The position numbers were made by a program, and so were the translations under genes. From Octopus vulgaris (Eukaryota), in NCBI GenBank assembly GCA_951406725.2, contig OX597829.1, positions 29,884,001 to 29,948,000 on the forward strand: a stretch of 64,000 bases of DNA, in the 5' to 3' direction. Below the pieces are notes generated by a model. The model was not told the origin of the DNA. It saw only the letters and a list, made by a program, of their open reading frames with translations, and did no database searches. This document shows positions 26,129 to 37,896 of the stretch, in pieces; the stretch's first letter is position 1; each line of letters starts with the position of its first letter.

Positions 26129-26510
26129 TGTTGGTACTCTGTCAATTACGACGACGAGGGTTCCAGTTGATCCGATTAACAGAACAGCCTGCTCGTGAAA
26201 TTAACGTGCAAGTGGCTGAGCACTCCAGACACATGTACCCTTAACGTAGTTCTTGGGGAGATTCAGTGTGATACTGAGTGTGACAAGGCTGGACCTTTGA
26301 AATACAGGTACAACAGAAACAGGAAGAAAGAATGAGAGAAAGTTGTGGTGAAAGAGTACAGCAGGGTTCGCTACCATCCCCTGCTGGAGCCTTGTGGAAC
26401 TTTAGCTGTTTTCGCTCATTAAACACTCACAACGCCCGATCTGGGAATCGAAACTGTGATCATACGACTGCAACTCCACTGCCCTAATCACTGGACCATT
26501 GTGCCTCCAC
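26129..26510 (-). mobile_element. tRNA-derived SINE (family C), full length
   Basis: Minus-strand head with A-box TGGTCCAGTGA and B-box GTTTCGATTCC. TSD TTGGCATT at 26121-26128 and 26512-26519. Nested in an RTE-tail repeat. Confidence 0.75.
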
Positions 26511-27189
26511 ATTGGCATTAAGAGCAGTGTCCAGTCATAGAAATCATGCTAAAACATGGTCCTTTGGCCAACTGGATTCTGTTGAACACTCTAATACATG
26601 CCAACATGGAAAGTGGGAGGTTTTAATTTTGATCACTTTAACTCTTTTGTTACTATATTTCTGCTGAAATAGCATAATTTGTTTTAGTTAATTATGAAAA
26701 TAATGAAGAAATTAGTAAAACAACTTTGTCATTATTTACCTGGTGTTTGGAATATAACATAACATGGAATTTTGATGGTAGGCTTTAATTTAGATCACAT
26801 AAACCTTTTTGTTATTATATTTCTGTTGAAATGCAATGCCTTAGTTTCAGTAAAAACTTTAATAAAATAACATTAGGCTAGTGTTGGGAACATGAATTAA
26901 CAGAGAATTTTGATAGTTTACATTTAGATGATCTTAAAGCCAGGAATTTGAATCATAAAACTCAGGGCAGGCTGGTGTCCAAAGATGTAGATAAATTAGC
27001 TGCTGCACAGAGTGACCAACAACAACCAATGTCACTATCTACAAGGCTCACAGAAATTCAAAGACATGATAAATGCCTCATATGCCACAGAGTGAGACTG
27101 AACCTGACACCATCTATTTGAAATGCAACCATCTTAACCAAATAGCCAAGCTTGTCTTTCCATGTTTCTTTTAAAAACCATACACATAG

Positions 27190-27532
27190 GTGCAGTCATG
27201 GCTATGTGGTAAGAAGCTTGTTTCCCAACCACATGGTTCTGGATTCAGTCCCACTGCATGACACCTGGGGTAAATGCCTTCTACTAAAGCCACAGGCCAA
27301 CCAAAGTCTTGCAAATGGATTTGGTTAATGGAAACTGAAAGAAGAACATCATATGGGCGTGGCACATTGTTGCACGAGTGGCTGCATGGTAAGTAGCTTG
27401 CTTACCAACCACAGAGTTCCAGGTTCAGTCCTGCATGGCACTTTGGGAAAGTGTCTTCTACTATAGTCTCAGGCTGACCAAAACTTTGTGAGTGGATTTG
27501 GTAGATGGAAACTGAAAGAAGCCTGTTGTATG

Positions 27533-27604
<72 letters not shown>

Positions 27605-28020
27605 TGTATATATATATATTATATATATATATATATAGGAGTGCCTGTGTGGTAAGAAGCTTGCTTCCCAACCACATGGTTCCAGGTTCAGTCCCACTGT
27701 GTGGCACCCTGGGTAAGTGTCTTCTACTATGGTCTCAGGCTGACCAAAGCCTTGTGAGTGGATTTGGTAGAGGGAAACTGAAAGAAGCCCGTTGTATATA
27801 TATATGTATGTGTGTATTTGCTTGTTTGTGCTTGTCCCCCCCCACAGTCGCCTGACAACTGATGTTGGTGTGTTTACTTCCCTGTAACTTAGCAGTTTGG
27901 TAAAAGAGAGCAATAGAATAGTTACTAGGCTTACAAAGAATAAGTCCTGGGGTCGATATGTATGACTAAAGGCAGTGCTCCAGCATGGCTGCAATCAAAT
28001 GACTGAAACAAATAAAAGAA
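27190..28020 (+). mobile_element. Three tandem family-A SINE heads, the last one full length
   Basis: Heads (tgtggtaagaagcttg...ggttcagtcccactg) at ~27200, ~27378 and ~27640. One tail ending gactgaaacaaataaaag at ~28018. Confidence 0.85.
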
Positions 28021-28059
28021 TATATTTATATGTATTAATATATATATGTGTGTATATAC

Positions 28060-28110
<51 letters not shown>

Positions 28111-29052
28111 TGTATATATATTTATATATATAGATGTTAAACGATGATAATGATGATGATGATGATGGTATATATATATATATATATATAATGTATATGT
28201 GTGTATATGTATAAATTTATGTATGTGTATCCTCATGTCTGTGTTTACCCCACCACCACCACCACTTGACAACTGCTGTTAGTGTGTTTATGTTCCTATA
28301 ACTTAGTGGTTCATCAAAAGAGTATGATAGCAGTACTGGACTTTAAAAAAATAAGTCCTGGGGTTGATTAGTTCAGTAAAACCTTTCAAAGCTGCAGCCA
28401 AATAACTGAGACATGTAAAAGTAAAAGAGATATGTACATACATATGAAGCTGTGTATGTGGCAGTCCTTTCAGTTAACAGTGAGAACATCAATATCTGAA
28501 ATAGCTAGCTCAGTAATGTCATAAGCACTATACATTCGAAAGTGTAAATGCTAGCAAAGTTTTTTTAATGTTGGCCTAATTTAAAATTTCAAAATGCTGT
28601 GTGTATGTGTATTTATTAATATACATACATATATATACGGAGAGAGAGAGAGAGAGAAAAACATTGATATATATATATATATATATATATATAAACATTC
28701 ATATATATATAAATATATATATAAACACACCCGTTTCAGTTCACAATTTTTTCATTGATTTTCTCATTTTTACTTTTTTTTTTACTTTGGCTTTCTAACT
28801 TAAACACATTTATACTTGCTGACATATTGATTTGCTTTGATTACTGCCTGTCTCCCAACTGTTATATCTAAGTGTTTCTTTTCAAATTTCAGCTGATAAT
28901 ATTGAAGCATTATGTAACAAGGGACATTTTTTTACATTTGTTTAAACATGTCTCTAGAGGTATACTTCAGGATATGAATCAAACCTTCATTGTTCAAAAA
29001 TTTTTCTAATATTATCTTGAGAATGATTAATATATATATGCTTATATATATA

Positions 29053-29436
29053 CTAGCAGTATCGCCTGGTGTTGCTCGGGTTTGTTTCGACCCGCTGGAA
29101 TTGGAATTTTTGAAAAGTAAAAATTTTGCATTATGTAGCTTGTTATTCTCTTCAAGCGAACATTTTTCTGGTTGAAATACACCGAAAAGTGGCGACACAG
29201 CAGTGAAAAAATCGTAAAAAATAGGGATTTTCATAGAAAAAAGCACCTTTTTGATGTAAATAATTTTTGGTGTTAACATGGTCCGATTTGAATTTTATCT
29301 TCTATGGAAGGAAGAGCAACCCTTCTATCATACTCTCAATTTTGGTCAACTTGCGCCGCAGGGTCTCGGAGGAGATAGTGTTAGTTGAAGGCTACCAAAC
29401 CTGGTGCACACAGACAACTTCAGCTGGATATATAGA
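29053..29436 (-). mobile_element. Non-autonomous Helitron
   Basis: Minus-strand 3' end: hairpin CCCGAGCAACACCAGG followed by CTAG|T at 29053. 5' end TCTATATATCCAGCTGAAGTTGTC. Inserted in a TA-rich tract. Confidence 0.72.
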
Positions 29437-29460
29437 GAGATAACACACACACATTAATAC

Positions 29461-29491
<31 letters not shown>

Positions 29492-29645
29492 CGTGTATGT
29501 ATGGATGTATGTATGTATATATGTACATCTGTCCACTTCTTGCCATATTTTTATCCTTCACTTCCTACACACACACACCTTAGCTTACAATTTTCTTTCA
29601 ACAATTGACACTGTCATATATGTATGTTTGCGTGTCTATGTGTGT

Positions 29646-30105
29646 AAAGAGAAAGTGGAAGAAAGTGTGGTAATAGGTGGAGTAAAGCCTTTGAAGTGAG
29701 AGAGGGAAATCGTAAAATATTGATATTTCTCGAATTTTTGTTTAATTGGGGTGAAATTGAAAGAAATTTATATGCCATGACCGAATAGAATGTACTTGGA
29801 AAAATCATAGGTAAACTCCAATTGAAGAAATTGTGTGAGGAGTAAATCGTTATGTATTTATCTGTTTCTGTTTGCTCTGTATTTTTTTTGAGTAGTGGTT
29901 TAAGGTACACTTGCAAAGAGAAAGTAGGAGAAATTATGGTAATAGCAGAAGTGAAGCAGTTGAAATTAGAGAGGCAAATCGTAAAATATTTACTTTTCTC
30001 GAATTTTTGCTTAATTGGGGGTCAAATTGGAAAAACTTTATATGCCATGACCCAATCGAATCTACTTGTAAAAATCGTAAGTAAATTCCAATTGAAGAAA
30101 TTCTA
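29646..30105. repeat. Diverged direct duplication, ~190-bp units ~270 bp apart
   Basis: aaagagaaagt...aaatcgtaaaatatt...tctcgaatttttg...tatgccatgacc...ccaattgaagaaatt at 29646-29833 and ~29915-30102. Confidence 0.8.
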
Positions 30106-30172
30106 TATTGTAGAATTGTATTAAAAAGGAACATGGGAACAGGCAGAGAAAATCTGCCTTTTATCATAAAAG

Positions 30173-30232
<60 letters not shown>

Positions 30233-30696
30233 CTGATCAGTTGTAAATTCTCTGTCTCACTGCTTTCAATCCTTAGGGGTGTTTTCTAAGCATTATCCAC
30301 CATTCTTGTCTTTTAGGTCCTAAGACTGTATTTTGCTTGTTTCTTATTTATTTCATCTTTGTCCATCATTCTAAATCACATTTATTCACTTTCATGTGTC
30401 CACTCTATATTGTTTTGTCTTGTTTTGTTTGCTCATGGCTCTATGTTCTCTGCAAATTTTTCTGGGCACTGCCAGTATGGGAAGTTCTCAGTCTTATCAT
30501 TAATGGTGTGAGGCTGAGTATTATCAATTGGCTGGGCCACTGTTTTATGTATGTATGTATGTATGTATGTATGTATGTATGTATGTATGTATGTATGTGT
30601 GTGTGTGTATGTGTGTATGTATGTATGTGTGTGTGTGTGTATGTATGCATGTATGTATGTATGTATGTATGTATGTATGTATGTATGTATGTATGT

Positions 30697-30812
30697 ATGT
30701 ACAAGGCATTGTAGATCTTTAGCTGGGCTAAAAAGTCACATTCGATCACAGCACCAGTAACAGTTAAGCTTTGTACAATGGCCATACTCGATAACGAGGG
30801 GGCAGCCATAAT
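30697..30812 (+). mobile_element. Extreme 3' end of a BovB-like RTE LINE within a (TATG)n tract
   Basis: Encodes CTRHCRSLAGLKSHIRSQH* (C-terminal C2H2-like motif of BovB-type RTE ORFs), then a short UTR with the ctcg..cgag hairpin, then (ATGT)n. Confidence 0.6.
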
Positions 30813-31093
30813 GTATGTATGTATGTGTGTGTGTGTGTGTGTGTATGTATGCATGCATGTATCTATGTATGTTTGTATGTATGTATGTATGTGTGTGTAT
30901 GCATGTATGTATGTATGTATGTATGTATGTATGCATGCATGCATGTATGTATGTATATATATATGTATGATGTATGCATGTATGTATGTAGGTAGGTGGG
31001 TATGTATGTATGTATGTATGTGTGTGTGTATGTATGTATGTATGTATGTATGTATGTATGCATGCATGCATGCATGTATGTATGTATGTATGC

Positions 31094-31126
<33 letters not shown>

Positions 31127-31148
31127 TGTATGTATGTATGTATGTGTA

Positions 31149-31550
31149 GGATCTTGAAGGCATGAAGTGGATTTGATCCACCTTAGCCAAATTTAAGAAC
31201 TTTTCTCATGGTGGAACAATGGTTTTTCTCTGAGTTGTCACTGAAGTGACTAACTGTCTTTTGCTTGCAGGTTCTTGTTTTTATTACTATCCAGAAAGAT
31301 GGACATATCGTTGAGAACAATGGGCTTCGTTGGCAGTACTGTGATATCTCTATTTTAGCTTTTAGTGAAGTAAGAGAGGTTATAAGGATCAAGTGGTGAA
31401 GACATTATTTCGGCCTAGCTAAAGGCAATCTGGGAAATGTAAAACTGCTGTCAGAGAAAAATCATTTTTCCACTGTGAGAAAAGTGCTGTTGAAGTGTTA
31501 ATTTAAATTCAGCTAAGGTGGATTGAATCCACTTCATGCCTGCAAGATCC
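31149..31550. mobile_element. MITE, 402 bp, ~50-bp TIRs, TA flanks
   Basis: TA|GGATCTTGAAGGCATGAAGTGGATT...AATCCACTTCATGCCTGCAAGATCC|TA. Confidence 0.88.
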
Positions 31551-31569
31551 TACATATGTATGTCTAGTG

Positions 31570-31680
<111 letters not shown>

Positions 31681-31682
31681 GC

Positions 31683-31714
<32 letters not shown>

Positions 31715-32164
31715 ATGTGTATGAGTGTTACACCTATTTAGTATAATTTGGGTAAAAATCTCTTAACATGTGTATAAGAGCTTTTATGCTGTTATTTCGC
31801 TACCAAATATTATCCTACAGTAGGGTATATTCCAGAGCCGGATATACATGCAGATCTCCTCTTGGCATAAGATCAATACAAGAATGATATAACACAAGAA
31901 TGGAAGATATCAGTCTTTAATAGTAGACCACAACATTTGTGTTTGTGCCACACACCAACCTGAAGTTGCTGAATTTATATCCATTTACCATTATAGAAGA
32001 TCATTCTTTATAATTATTATATAGTTGAATATTTTGAAGCAACAACCATGTGTGGGCACTTCATCGGGTGGAATACAATTAATTCCACTTTATGAAGTGT
32101 CCACACTTATTCTATTGATTTCTTTTGTTGAACCTCTAAGTTTACAGACACTTAAACCAATACT

Positions 32165-33431
32165 GATATGTATATATGTGTGTGTGTGTGGAAAATCGAT
32201 GTGTGTTTGTTTGTGGCGTTGTTAGCTAACTTCTCCTACATTGTTTTATTGATTTTGATGAAACTTGACATGGAAGTCTTGTCTGGAAACCTCATAACAT
32301 ACTTAGATTTTTGAAAAAATTGATAATACAGCCCCTGGAAGGGACTTTTATATCTACCTCGTATTGTTTAAAACACCCAAGGGAAATAACCCATAGCATC
32401 TACACTATTTTTTTAAACACTAAAGGGAAATAATCTGTTTCATTGTTTATGTTCAATTACTTTGAATATTGATTTTTTGTGTGTCAAATTTCTAATTTTT
32501 GCAGACAATATCACTTTGACATGTGAGTATAACTCATGTCTGGAAACCTCATGACATACTTAGATTGTTGAAAAAAAATCAATAATAGGGCTCCTCCAAT
32601 GGATCCTTCTATCTACTACATATTACTAATATTTTATTAAACAACCCATGGGAAATAACTCAGACCACCTGCAGTTTTTAGTGAAGCGGTCAATATTTGA
32701 TTCTCATGATCAGCCGACCTAATTCTGCATTTCACTACTCACAGTTTTGAACTGTTAAACATTATTATTGCACTTACCTTTTTTCAATGCCCATTACTCC
32801 AATAATTCTGCATTTTTACCATTCCACTTTTTCCATGACAGTGAATAAATTTTTTATTCCACAAGTATTTGTAGTGGCTTCATGCAGGTATAGTGTGGAT
32901 TCGATCCTCAATTGACAAATTTCACTTAACACTTCAACAGTGCTTTTCTTACGGTAAAACAGTAGTTTTCCTATGAATGACAACAGTTATACATTTCCTA
33001 GATGCCTGCACTAAGCAAAATAATGTCTATGCTGCTTGACCCTTCTAACCTTTTCTAGGATACCAGGGGCTGGAATGGAGACCTCCAACGAAATCATTTG
33101 TTCTCAACAATATGTCTATCCTTCTGGCTGATTTTCAACAGTCATAAAAGCAAGAACTCTGTAAGCTAAAGGCAGTTACTGAGAGTGACCATCAGTGAGT
33201 GTGAACATTATTATTGTACTTTCTTCACATTTCATTCATATATTTATATAACCACTGTCACCAACCTCCAACAATCTCTCCCTCCTCTAGCCGACAGTTT
33301 TTTGTACTTTTTCGCGATGGAAAATATACCTTTTGTGGCAGTTATAATGAAATTGGTTTCTTATATCAGAGTAATAAGGCGTTTCAATAGGACATCTTTA
33401 GCCCCCAGGAATTACCGGGTACACCAGCTAG
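32165..33431 (+). mobile_element. Non-autonomous Helitron-like element (5' boundary approximate)
   Basis: 3' hairpin CCCAGGAATTACCGGG followed by CTAG|T at 33428-33432. 5' region has gattttgatgaaactt. Internal direct repeats gtctggaaacctcat at 32281 and ~32538. Confidence 0.62.
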
Positions 33432-33574
33432 TATATATATATTACATGGAAAAATGCCAGCAAGAGAATTAATATTCTTAAGAGTATAAACCTGGAAAAG
33501 TACAGGGCAAGTTATTACATCCCATAAGGTACAGAACAAGAAAATTTTTACTTAAAATATTGCAGCTAAGGATA

Positions 33575-33766
<192 letters not shown>

Positions 33767-33794
33767 TGTATATATATGTATATATATATATATG

Positions 33795-33825
<31 letters not shown>

Positions 33826-33844
33826 GTGTGTGTATATATATAAA

Positions 33845-34777
33845 ATGATTACGTTTATATATTTGTTGTGCAAGATTTTTTATGTGAAGTCGTGTGTTGA
33901 AACAGACATTGCTGTATTTCGGAATGGTCATTTTGCCAGTTTAGCCAATAAAAACACACGCACTATATATTTGGTGTTACTTTGCTTCAGTGCTATTTAT
34001 TTTTTACATTAATCTTAATCTTATTTTGGCCAGAGTTCTTTCATCACACTCCTGTGACCGCATCAGTGGTCCTTTGCTTTCTTCTTTCTTATTTGTGTCT
34101 CTCCTTACTAACCGTCAGCCATTTTGTATTTCTATTGTATGTGTCTTCATTTGCGCAAGCATATATCTCTATGTGCGTCTATGTTTAGTTAGTGTGTATA
34201 TGTGTGTGGGGGAATGCCTGTAATATTTGTATCTTCTGTTTATATATGTTCGTGTAATTTGTTTTTGTTTATTCTTTTTTTTATTTTGTTTATGTTTACA
34301 TCCACTTATTATTACTATTATTATCATTATTATTATTATTACGTATGCTTGTATGTATGTATAACAACAATACTAGTAATAACAATAATAATAATAATAA
34401 AACATTAAAAAAATTTTTTTTTTGTAATCTTTTAAATTTTAAAAAAAACCTATATAGTTATTTATATTTGTTTATATTGCAACCAGTTTATGGGGATCCT
34501 CTTCTGTCATATGTTGTGGTGTGTGCTAGTGTTCCACTCCAGTTTCCTATTCAGGCTAGGTTTATCTTCTATTATGTGTGTAGCTTCCGTAATTTGTCTG
34601 ATTGTTGCATCTGTTCTATGTGTGGACAAGATTTTTAACCTCTATGTTGTTGATTGATTCCCCGTGTCCCTGATCGGCGTGTTGGTATAGAATTGATGAG
34701 CTCTTTCCTTCCTTAATTTCTCTCCAATGTTCATTTACCTGCTCTCCTATGATTTGTGCCGTTTCCCCTACGTATGT
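33845..34777 (-). mobile_element. Penelope-like element remnant: GIY-YIG endonuclease C-terminus plus pseudo-LTR and ORF start
   Basis: Minus-strand translation 34777->~34526: TYVGETAQIIGEQVNEH...SSILYQHADQGH...(frameshift)...IRQITEATHIIEDKPSLNRKLEWN*. Followed by a UTR with a hammerhead-like motif and a new ORF start at 33931, truncated by (TA)n. Confidence 0.82.
34028..34072 (-). ncRNA. Degenerate minimal type-I hammerhead ribozyme-like motif
   Basis: Minus strand: GGACCA-CTGATGC-GGTCACA-GGAG-TGTGAT-GAAA-GAAC-TC-TGGCC. Stems I and II and the core boxes are present, but the core A9 is replaced by C. Confidence 0.5.
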
Positions 34778-34784
34778 CGTTTAT

Positions 34785-35010
34785 CATCGTCATCATCATC
34801 ATCGTTTAATGTCCGTTTTCCATGCTAGCATGGGTTGGACAGTTCGACCAGAGTCTGGGAAGCCAGGAGGCTACACCAGGCACCAATCTGATCTGGCAGT
34901 GTTTCTACAGCTGGATGCCCTTCCTAACGCCAACCACTCCATGAGTGTAGTGGGTGTTTTTTACGTGCCACAGGCACAAGTGCCAGGCGAGGCTGGCGAC
35001 AGCCACTATA
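34785..35010 (-). mobile_element. RTE 3'-UTR-related short repeat (family B)
   Basis: (CAT)n-cgtttaatgtccgttttccatgctagcatggg...ggatgcccttcctaacgccaaccactcc. Other copies at ~22305-22560, 40463-40511, 42145-42470 and 53370-53590. Confidence 0.8.
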
Positions 35011-35309
35011 CAAATGAGAAATTTTATTTTAAAGCAATAAATATTTTTATGTTAAAGATTAGTATTCATTTCATCATTTTGTATTTCCATGTCATTTCCT
35101 GATATTACCCATAATGGCAACAGTATACTACCAAAATTATTTGTCCTTTAACAAGTAACACACTTGTAATTTGATAATAAAAATAGGTTATATATATATA
35201 TATGTACATATTTATATACACACACACACATATATATGTTTATATATATATATATACATAAGATGTACCTGCTGTGACCCATTGGGTCACAACCACTCCA
35301 TCTTGAGGA

Positions 35310-35878
35310 TGTTGATGCACAGCGGGAAAGGAAAAAATACTATTTCGAACTTCATGCAATAAAGTTCTTAAATAATACATATCTCCTAGCTTTGGTGTGA
35401 CAACATAAACATGACCAAGTATTTCTTCTTTGAAAACATTCAAATGGCCTTCAACTTTTTTACTCGCTTTCTTCTTTGCCATTCTTTGTTACTACTGTTC
35501 CAAGGGAAATACATGGGTACTTTAGCATAAAGTAATGTTTTTGCAAAATCATCATTGATGCACTGTGAAAAGAATTCTGTCAATGTTGTTCTCATATGTC
35601 ATTCATTGACAACCATATATATTCTCATTATTTCTGAGCAATATTCTCTGTTCATCTGGTAGATAAACTTGCAGTCTCACTATTGCAGGTGCTCTTTCAT
35701 GAATTGAAAATCTTTAAATGGATGCAACTGCTTCAGATGGTTCAATATACCTATCCATTAGATATTGACTATTTCGTTATCATTGTCTATTTGAACAGCA
35801 GCTTGGTCATTTCCTTTCAATGTGTACTTGATGATGTACTTAAATGACCTCACTGAGGCAATAATTTCAAGGTACGAC
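35310..35878 (-). pseudogene. Helitron Rep/helicase (RepHel) coding remnant
   Basis: Minus-strand translation with stops and frameshifts: SVRSFKYIIKYTLKGNDQA, QYLMDRYIEPSEA, FSIHERAPAIVRLQVYLPDEQ, TTLTEFF, LLYAKVP, GHVYVVTPKLGDMYYLRTLL. These are conserved RepHel blocks between Rep and helicase. Confidence 0.85.
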
Positions 35879-36306
35879 CTGTTTGTTGTTTGTTGTTTGT
35901 TTTTCCATTCTTATGAGATCCAATTCCTCTCATTGAAACTGATCTTCGTCTATAAAGAGATAGTCTCTCTGCCTGTTTTTCTGCCTTTTGATTAAGATGA
36001 TAAAGAGTAATATTTCATTTTAAATAAAATAGCAATTTTCCCCTTTAAGAAAAAAAAAAAAAAATCATACCTGTAATTAAAAAATTTCTTGTATTAATAT
36101 ACTGAGAATTTCTATCTTTCAAGTCCACAACACCCCAGAAGTTGTATAAATTAATAAGGGGAGAAAAAAAAGAAAAGAAAAAAGGACAGATGGACAGACG
36201 ATGACTCGACATTTTCAACTTGATTTGCTTTTTCTTAAAGGAGAAATGACTATTTTATTTGTAATCTTTATCATCTTAATCAAATGGCAGGAAAACAAAC
36301 TTTGAG

Positions 36307-36368
<62 letters not shown>

Positions 36369-37108
36369 TTATTTGTGTGTGTGTGTATGTGTGTGCATGT
36401 GTGTGTGTGTGTGTGTGTGTGCACATGTGCATGAGTGTGTGTATGTATGTGTATCCTTGCATCTGTGTTTATCAACCACAACCACTTGATAACCGGTGAT
36501 GGTCTGTTTATGCCCCCATAACCTAAAAGTTCAGCAAAAGTGACTGATAGAATAAGTACCAGGCTTAAAAATAAGTACTGGGATTGATTCATTAAAATAA
36601 GAATTCTTTAAGGTGGTGCCCTAGCATGGCCACAGTCTAATGACTGAAACATGTAAAAAGGAAAAAGTAAGACGAAGATATATACATATATTTACAGAAT
36701 ATATATATTTATATAATATAAAATATGTAATTAAAATATCATATATATATATATAAAATATAGTAGTATATATATAAAATGTAATATATTTATATATAAA
36801 ATATAATAATACATATATATGATGGACACCCTTGTTGAAGACAATGTATGAGTGCTCAGCTTTTGCTGAAAAACCTGCACAAATGATTTAATTATAATGA
36901 TCAAATGTATGTGCCGTACATTAGCTCATTCCCTCCATCACATCAACTTCCACTGAAAGGTGCACTATGCATTGACGTTGAAGTGCATAGTGTACCACAC
37001 ATGAGATGTCAATGTGGTTACAGATCAACATAAGATGAAGAGTTTTGCTCAAGAACACAACACACCACCTGGTCTAGGAATTGAAACCACAATCTCACAA
37101 TCATGAGT

Positions 37109-37329
37109 TATTTCTTTATTGCCCACAAGGGACTGAACACAGAGGGGACAAACAAGGACAGCCAAAGGGATTAAGTCGATTACATTGACTCCTGTGTGTA
37201 ACTGGTACTTATTCATCAAAATCAAAAGGATAAAAGGCAAAGTTGACTTCAGCGGAATTTGAACTCAGAACGTAACGGTAGATGAAATACCGCTAAGCAT
37301 TTCGCCTGGCGTGCTAACATTTCTGCCAG
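37109..37329 (-). mobile_element. SINE (family D) nested in an older SINE
   Basis: 15-bp TSD CTCACAATCATGAGT at 37094-37108 and 37330-37344. Same family at ~42612-42838 (-) and ~62598-62931 (+). Confidence 0.85.
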
Positions 37330-37442
37330 CTCACAATCATGAGTGCAACACCCTAACCACTAGGCCATACATCTTCAATATCTACATTTAAAAAATATAA
37401 TATATGCATATAAAATATAATGATATATATAAAGTATATATA

Positions 37443-37616
37443 GGTGTAGGAGTGGCTGTGTGGTAAGTAGCTTGCTTACGGACCACATAGTTCCGGGTTC
37501 AGTCCCACTGCATGGCACCTTGGGCAAGTGTCTTCTACTATAGCCTCGGGTCAACCAAAGCCTTGTGATTGGATTTGGTAGACGGAAACTGAAAAGAAGC
37601 CCATCGTATATATGTG

Positions 37617-37665
<49 letters not shown>

Positions 37666-37887
37666 GTGTGTATGTATGTTTGTGTGTCTGTGTTTGTCCC
37701 CCAACATCGCTTGACAACCGATGCTGGTGTATTTATGCTCCCGTAACTTAGCGGTTCGACAAAAGAGACCGATAGAATAAGTACTAGGCTTCCAAAGAAT
37801 AAATTCTAGAGTCAATTTGCCTGACTAAAGGTGGTGCTCCAGCATGGCCACAGTCACATTACTGAAACAAGTAAAAGAGTAAAGAGA
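37443..37887 (+). mobile_element. Full-length tRNA-derived SINE (family A) with an internal (TA)n/(TG)n tract
   Basis: A-box TGGCTGTGTGG, B-box GGTTCAGTCCC, ccttgggcaag core and (AAAGAGT) tail. More than 12 fragments elsewhere in the window. Confidence 0.88.
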
Positions 37888-37896
37888 GTATAATAT

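Noticed and set aside
36071-36115. 45-nt minus-strand exon or recursive splice site (ttacag|gtatga)
   Set aside because: Splice-like signals only, with no linkable reading frame or homology.
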